Part shown: piece after piece, positions 8,428 through 13,187 of the stretch
Position numbering within the stretch: position 1 is the first letter of the stretch
Layout of the letters: the number at the start of each line of letters is the position of its first letter
DNA from: Bradymonadia bacterium
Lineage (GTDB): Bacteria; Myxococcota_A; Bradymonadia; UBA7976; UBA1532
Assembly: GCA_046290225.1 (NCBI GenBank)
Contig: JBKAGE010000021.1
Location: 1 to 13,187, forward strand
DNA: 13,187 bases
Reading direction: 5' to 3'
Notes under the pieces: generated by a model
What the model saw: the letters and a program-made list of their open reading frames with translations, nothing else
Told to the model about the DNA's origin: nothing
Database searches by the model: none
Translations under genes and position numbers: made by a program

Positions 8428-9432
8428 ATGAGCTTCAGCCGCCCCAAGCCCTTCACTCGCTTCTCTGCATCGCAGGTGCTGAGCGCTGCCTGCTGTGGCG
8501 CTCTGCTGTGTCTTGCAGCCTTCTCCACGGCCCATGGCCGGGCGCAGAGCAAGGTGTTCCTGAACGGTGTGCCCCACCCAGTGCACTTCAACGATGGCGA
8601 CAGCTTTCAGGTGATCAGTGGCCAGTTCGCCGGCACGAAGGCCCGCCTCGCAGGGTTCAACACCCTGGAGAGCTTCGGCCCGGTGCACCGCTGGGGCAAG
8701 TGGACGGCGAAGGAGCTCTACAAGAACGCCAAGATGGCCACGATGAACGCCCGTAGGGGTGTGTGGCACTGCGAGTCGGATCTCAAGACTGACTTCTACG
8801 GCCGTATCTTGTGGTGGTGTGAAGATCTCGCTGTCGATCAGGTCCGCAAAGGCCTGGCCCACGCCATGAGCGTCACCGAGGAGGCGGCGAAGCCCGCGGT
8901 GGTTGCGGCGCAGCAAGAGGCCATCGCCAACCGGCGGGGCATGTGGGCCCACGGAGTGCCCGAGTTCGTGCTCACCTCGATCCACTCCAACGACGAGCGC
9001 CCTGGCGACAAGAAGTCGTACAACCGCCTCGTCTCCAGCAATGACGGCCACTCCCGCCGTTGGCAGCACGAGTTGCTCTATTCGGAGTGCGAAGAGGTCT
9101 GCTGGCAGCCCCCCGACGCCGATGAGCGCAAGCGCCTGATGTTCGACCGCCTGCGGCGTATGACCAAGGGGGCTGAAGAGGTGCTGAAGGCCTACGACGA
9201 CGATCGGCTGATCGCCCTGGTCAAGAAGTACAAAGAGACTGGCAAGCTGGGCCTGGTCGGGGCCGGTGGCCTCGCCGACGCAGCTCATCGGGAGACGCTC
9301 GAGCCCATCGTGAAGGACTGGGTGGAGCACGATTGGCTGAGGAACCTCGACACCGAGATCTCGAGCTGTATGACCTACGTGGATTTCCGGCGCCGCTTCG
9401 GTAGCAACCAGGCGAGCTGTTTGAGGAAGTGA
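8428..9432 (+). CDS. Secreted thermonuclease (staphylococcal nuclease/SNase) family protein with C-terminal extension (~334 aa)
   Basis: Signal peptide ending AFSTAHG; NDGDSF, RLAGFNTLE, DFYGRIL, QVRKGLA and AQQEAIANRRGMW match the SNase pattern. GGAGG RBS at 8418-8422 before ATG 8428. Confidence 0.85.
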   Translation: MSFSRPKPFTRFSASQVLSAACCGALLCLAAFSTAHGRAQSKVFLNGVPHPVHFNDGDSFQVISGQFAGTKARLAGFNTLESFGPVHRWGKWTAKELYKNAKMATMNARRGVWHCESDLKTDFYGRILWWCEDLAVDQVRKGLAHAMSVTEEAAKPAVVAAQQEAIANRRGMWAHGVPEFVLTSIHSNDERPGDKKSYNRLVSSNDGHSRRWQHELLYSECEEVCWQPPDADERKRLMFDRLRRMTKGAEEVLKAYDDDRLIALVKKYKETGKLGLVGAGGLADAAHRETLEPIVKDWVEHDWLRNLDTEISSCMTYVDFRRRFGSNQASCLRK

Positions 9433-11033
9433 TGCATCACCGTTTCAGTGCCCGTCGACGTCGCGTCTCTGCTTTGAGGCGCCCTCTCCTGATCGCTGGC
9501 GGGTTGCTGGCGGTGTGTACTCTGGGCCTCGCGAGCTGCGAGTTCAACCGACCCCTCACGGCCCCTGTAGGTTACGAATACACCGATCAAACCTGCAGTG
9601 ACGGTTTCGACAACGATGATGACGGTCTCATCGATTGCCGTGATCCAGAGTGTCTGGGGAACTCGACGCTTTGTGGCCCCACTGTGCCGCCCAACCTCCA
9701 GTTCGAGGTGGAGAACACCATCGAGCTGTGCCAGGACAGCGCGGACAACGACGATGACGGCAACTTCGATTGCGGTGATCGCAAGTGCCAGGCGATCCCG
9801 GAGAACTGCTGCGGCAGCGAGGTGACCAACGCCAAGTGCTCCGACGGCATCGACAACGACGGCAATGGCTTCACTGACTGTGCCGACTTCTCCTGCCGTC
9901 GTGGTGCCTTCGTCACGGTCTGCCCGAACCCGGAGCCTGAGGCTGGGGAGCGGCAGTGCAGCGATCAGCTCGACAATGACGGGGATGGCCTCCGCGATTG
10001 CGCAGACGATGGCTGCGCCGAGTTCTGCAACACGCCCGAGGCGGGTGATGCAGCCTGCTCCGACGGGGCAGACAATGACGGTGACGGTGATGCCGATTGT
10101 GCAGACTCCGGGTGCGCTCAGGCCTCGAACTGCCGTGAGAGTGACTGCGGCGACGGCATCGACAACGACAACAACGGCGTCGCCGATTGCCAGGATCGTG
10201 GGTGTATCGGGATCGCGCCTTGCACTGAGCCAGAGACCACCCTGCAAGCATGTCAGGATGGCGTCGACAACGATGGCAATGGCTTCATCGACTGTGGCGA
10301 CTTCAGCTGCAGCCGAGCGGAAAATGGTGCCAGCGCTGAGTCCGTGACGTACTGCGCTTCGCTCTCGGAGATGAGCCTGCAGGCATGCCAGGACGGCGTC
10401 GACAACGACAACAACGGCTTCACTGATTGTGAGGACTTCAGCTGCAGTCGCAGTGAGGATCCCGATGTCGCGGGTTACTGCGCATCGTTGTCGGAGACCG
10501 GTCTCGCCAAATGCCAGAATGGCATCGACGATGACGGCAATGGCTTCATCGATTGCGCCGACTTTAGCTGCAGCCGCAGCGAAGATCAGGATGTGCTCGA
10601 CTATTGCGCGTCGTTGTCGGAGTCAGGGCTGGAGAAGTGCAGCAACGGCATCGACGATGATGAAAACGGGTTCGTCGACTGCGGCGACTTCAGCTGCAGC
10701 CGCAGTGATGATCCGGCGGTGATCGCCTACTGTGCCGATGTGCTCGAAGAGAGCGTAGAAAAGTGCAGCAACGGCATCGATGACGACGGCAATGGCTTTG
10801 CCGATTGTGATGACTTCAGCTGCAACCGCTCGACCACCATCGACAATGGGGTGATCGTCAAGAGCGTGTGCTTCGAGACGTTCTTGGAGCTGAGCCCTCA
10901 AGAGGCCAACGCCGCCTGCTCCGACGGCATCGACAGTGACGGTGATGGCTTCACCGATTGTGACGACTACGACTGCAGCGTTGATCCTCGAGTCACGGTG
11001 TGCGCCGGCCGGCGCATCTGTGGCCTGGACTGA
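9429..11033 (+). CDS. Cys/Asp-rich repeat lipoprotein, putative Ca2+-binding (534 aa)
   Basis: Arg-rich n-region, hydrophobic h-region and lipobox LAS-C. Twelve copies of C-x-[DN]-x-x-D-[NDS]-D-x-[DN]-G-x-x-D-C-x-D-x-x-C. Start (GTG 9429 or ATG 9432) overlaps the nuclease stop in GTGATG. Confidence 0.88.
   Translation: MMHHRFSARRRRVSALRRPLLIAGGLLAVCTLGLASCEFNRPLTAPVGYEYTDQTCSDGFDNDDDGLIDCRDPECLGNSTLCGPTVPPNLQFEVENTIELCQDSADNDDDGNFDCGDRKCQAIPENCCGSEVTNAKCSDGIDNDGNGFTDCADFSCRRGAFVTVCPNPEPEAGERQCSDQLDNDGDGLRDCADDGCAEFCNTPEAGDAACSDGADNDGDGDADCADSGCAQASNCRESDCGDGIDNDNNGVADCQDRGCIGIAPCTEPETTLQACQDGVDNDGNGFIDCGDFSCSRAENGASAESVTYCASLSEMSLQACQDGVDNDNNGFTDCEDFSCSRSEDPDVAGYCASLSETGLAKCQNGIDDDGNGFIDCADFSCSRSEDQDVLDYCASLSESGLEKCSNGIDDDENGFVDCGDFSCSRSDDPAVIAYCADVLEESVEKCSNGIDDDGNGFADCDDFSCNRSTTIDNGVIVKSVCFETFLELSPQEANAACSDGIDSDGDGFTDCDDYDCSVDPRVTVCAGRRICGLD
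10251..10823 (+). repeat. Intragenic tandem repeat: five units, one 135-bp spacing then three 126-bp spacings
   Basis: Units start at 10251, 10386, 10512, 10638 and 10764 and share GACTT(C/T)AGCTGCA and C[QS][DN]G[VI]D.D.NGF.DC.DFSC.R. Confidence 0.9.
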
Positions 11034-11076
11034 TGCACCTCCATCTCGCCTTCACCTACGATTTTCGAGGATGAAC

Positions 11077-12690
11077 ATGGCCCTCCGCTTTGCACCTCTC
11101 GGCTCCAAGCTCGTGCTCGGCGCTGCTTGCTTGTTGGCGCTGCACGCGCTGACTTTCTCTACGGTGGCGAGCGCTCAGAACGCCCCCGGCGCGAAAGAGA
11201 CGCAGTGCGACAACGGCGTCGACGACGACAATGATTCGTTGCCCGACTGCGCCGACAGCGACTGCACCGATACGCCGGCCTGTGCCCCTGACGGCAACCC
11301 CGAGAGCACGGATCAGCGTTGCTCTGATTGGGTGGACAACGATCAGGATGGCGCTACGGACTGTGACGACAGCGATTGTCAGGCCTCGTTCATCTCCGTG
11401 TGCTCCGGATCCTGGTCAGGCTCCACTGGTGGGGAGACCAAGGCCAAGCCGAAGGACAACACCGACATCCGTCCTGATCTGCCGGGCCTCGCCGACGGCG
11501 TCTCTGCCTACGAGCTGATCGGGAAGGGTGGTGACATCGACGGTGAGCGCAACGACTACCTCTGCTCGGACGGCATCGACAACGACGGCGACGGCCGCAT
11601 TGACTGTGCAGATTACGGCTGTCGCTTCGACGACAGCGTCCGCGTGTGTCAGGGGGCCCCGGGCCTGCGCTTCTCGGTGGTGGCCATGGCGGAGCAGAGC
11701 TTCGACATCGAGCAGAACCGCCAGAACGGCGATCTGGACGATGCACAGAAGATCACGCCCTGGGATACGCGCATCTCTCGCTTGCAGCTGCGTGCCCTGG
11801 GTCCGATCCCCCAGATTCAGAACTCGTTCTTCCTCGTGCAGGTGCTGGCAGAGCGTACGCCGCGCTTGTCCTTCGCGATGTTCTCGGTGCCTTTGGGCCG
11901 CAGCGGTCACTTCATGGCCATCAACAGCGGCGCCGCAGGCCTGTCGCAGATCGGCGCGGTCTCGGTACACAAGCAGCTGTTCCTCGATCGCACTGACCTG
12001 TTCCGGGCGATGGAGCAGTTCAACTCCTCGGCCATCGAGTTCACGGGTCCGCTGACGAGCAACGGCAAGCTGATGTACCGCACCTTCGCTGCCGGTGGCG
12101 CAGGCCGCTTCGACGGCAACGTGGGTGGCCGCTCGGTGAATGCCGAGGGGGCGAACTATTCCTGGGCTGGTGGCGGCGCGCTGACGATCAACCTGAAGGG
12201 TTACTACAGCCGCTTCGATACGCCGTTCCTCTACACTCCGGTGCCCCTCACGGCTGCAGCGATCATCGGTGCGAAGTACGACCAGCGTGACATGGAGCGC
12301 TACGCCTCGGTGAACGTGCACGTACCGATCCGATGGAACCGCCTGCTGCTCATCGGTGAGTACTACGGGAAGCAGGAGTTCGAGTTCGAGTCGACGCAGC
12401 ACTCATACCTGATTCAGGCAGGCTTCCTGGCGATCCCAAGGAAGCTGTTCCTGGCTGCGGACTTCGGTTCGTACCTCGCAGGCGACTACGGGAACCCCCC
12501 GGAGACGTTCACGGGCGAGCTGCGCAATCAACGGGACGAGACCGAGATCCGCGCTGCGGCTCACTATTACTTCTTCCGCAACATCGGCGTGATGTCGCTG
12601 GTCTACCGCAACCGTGATGTGAAGTCTGGCAACGGCCGAGAGGGCTTCAAGGAAGAGCTCCTCCGCCTGGTGGCTCAATTTAGATTCTAG
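11077..12690 (+). CDS. Outer-membrane beta-barrel (porin-like) protein with N-terminal Cys/Asp-rich repeats
   Basis: Sec signal ending ASA-Q. Three repeats of the same motif as the upstream lipoprotein (11206-11622). Then ~340 aa of amphipathic beta-strands ending in the BAM-type beta-signal LRLVAQFRF. GAGG at 11067-11070; start is ATG 11077 or 11071. Confidence 0.82.
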   Translation: MALRFAPLGSKLVLGAACLLALHALTFSTVASAQNAPGAKETQCDNGVDDDNDSLPDCADSDCTDTPACAPDGNPESTDQRCSDWVDNDQDGATDCDDSDCQASFISVCSGSWSGSTGGETKAKPKDNTDIRPDLPGLADGVSAYELIGKGGDIDGERNDYLCSDGIDNDGDGRIDCADYGCRFDDSVRVCQGAPGLRFSVVAMAEQSFDIEQNRQNGDLDDAQKITPWDTRISRLQLRALGPIPQIQNSFFLVQVLAERTPRLSFAMFSVPLGRSGHFMAINSGAAGLSQIGAVSVHKQLFLDRTDLFRAMEQFNSSAIEFTGPLTSNGKLMYRTFAAGGAGRFDGNVGGRSVNAEGANYSWAGGGALTINLKGYYSRFDTPFLYTPVPLTAAAIIGAKYDQRDMERYASVNVHVPIRWNRLLLIGEYYGKQEFEFESTQHSYLIQAGFLAIPRKLFLAADFGSYLAGDYGNPPETFTGELRNQRDETEIRAAAHYYFFRNIGVMSLVYRNRDVKSGNGREGFKEELLRLVAQFRF

Positions 12691-12692
12691 CT

Positions 12693-12728
12693 CCGGCGCT
12701 GCGGCGGCGTCAGCCGCCGTGACGCCGG
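12693..12728 (+). terminator. GC-rich hairpin directly after the barrel gene (terminator or 3' stabiliser, no U-tract)
   Basis: CCGGCG-CT-GCGGCGGC-GTCA-GCCGCCGT-GA-CGCCGG. Confidence 0.55.
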
Positions 12729-12880
12729 CGATCTCCCGCCCAGCTACGACCTTTCCGTCCTCGACGTAGCGCAGCTACCTCTGCGGGTGAAAGCCCGCAT
12801 CTGGACGAGACCTCACCAACCTCACGACGACTGCCGCCGCGACCCGCCTACCCTACTAGGGCTCGTGCATCCCTGGATTA

Positions 12881-13082
12881 TGGCTTTGTAGGGCTCTTTG
12901 GAGCCATTGGCTTCTGGCTACGCTGCTCTATTTTTCACGACGTCTGCGTGAAGGCCCGTGAATCCCACAATGACAACAGTCTGACTGCAGCCAGCTTCGC
13001 GCTTCCGCGGGGCACATACACACCACTTCTCTGATATTTGCGGTGGCTTTGTAGAGCCCTGGCTGCTGTAGCCAGTGGCTCT
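12881..13082. repeat. Imperfect direct repeat pair, each copy containing the palindrome AGCCA-N-TGGCT
   Basis: 12881 TGGCTTTGTAGGGCTCT..GGAGCCATTGGCT and 13044 TGGCTTTGTAGAGCCCT..GTAGCCAGTGGCT, 163 bp apart. Confidence 0.65.
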
Positions 13083-13163
13083 GATCGCCCTACACATTTT
13101 GGTTGGTATCGTTGAGCCTAATTGGCGAATGCGAGTACTGGTGCCAAAGAGGTGTAGGGTTTG

Positions 13164-13187
13164 ATGAGTAAAGACAAGGGATTACCA
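13164..13187 (+). CDS. Probable start of a truncated ORF (MSKDKGLP...), product unknown
   Basis: ATG open to the window end with GAGGTG at 13149-13154. Only 8 codons are visible. Confidence 0.35.

Noticed and set aside
10251..10823. Regularly spaced repeats as a possible CRISPR array
   Set aside because: The repeats are in-frame, degenerate at third codon positions, and the intervening parts are also homologous; no cas genes are present.
8386..12402. Long antisense ORFs 8386-9330, 9375-10247 and 11416-12402
   Set aside because: They mirror well-supported plus-strand genes, and their repetitive V/A/I content is simply the reverse complement of GAC/AAC codons.
9429..12690. Porin-multiheme cytochrome (MtrAB-like) conduit
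   Set aside because: The Cys-rich proteins contain no CxxCH motifs; the only cytochrome heme motif is in the unrelated gene at 180-686.
12782..12799. GGGTGAAAGCCC as part of a group II intron 5' domain or FMN riboswitch
   Set aside because: No GTGCG intron start or other conserved riboswitch segments flank it; only one hairpin matches.
13087..13160. Integron attC site
   Set aside because: Lacks the RYYYAAC...GTTRRRY core ends, and there is no cassette array context.

Overview
GC-rich bacterial chromosomal DNA. The Cys/Asp-rich secreted proteins are typical of Myxococcota/deltaproteobacteria, but that placement is an inference. The window opens in the 3' part of a 5S rRNA followed by a bidirectional terminator. 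A minus-strand four-gene operon converges on it: DUF427 protein, class II CPD photolyase fused to a renalase-like FAD oxidoreductase, DHRS12-like SDR, and a monoheme cytochrome c lipoprotein. Divergently on the plus strand lie a methyl-accepting chemotaxis protein, a HAD hydrolase and an NRDE/TANGO2 protein. Next is an apparent three-gene envelope operon: a secreted thermonuclease (SNase), a lipoprotein with 12 Cys/Asp-rich putative Ca-binding repeats, and an outer-membrane beta-barrel carrying 3 of the same repeats. This operon is preceded by an 11-bp-period direct repeat and is the best candidate for an undescribed system, possibly extracellular nucleic-acid or phosphate scavenging. The last ~500 bp are non-coding, rich in hairpins and repeats, and lower in GC. 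They end in a probable truncated ORF start and may be the edge of an integrated element.
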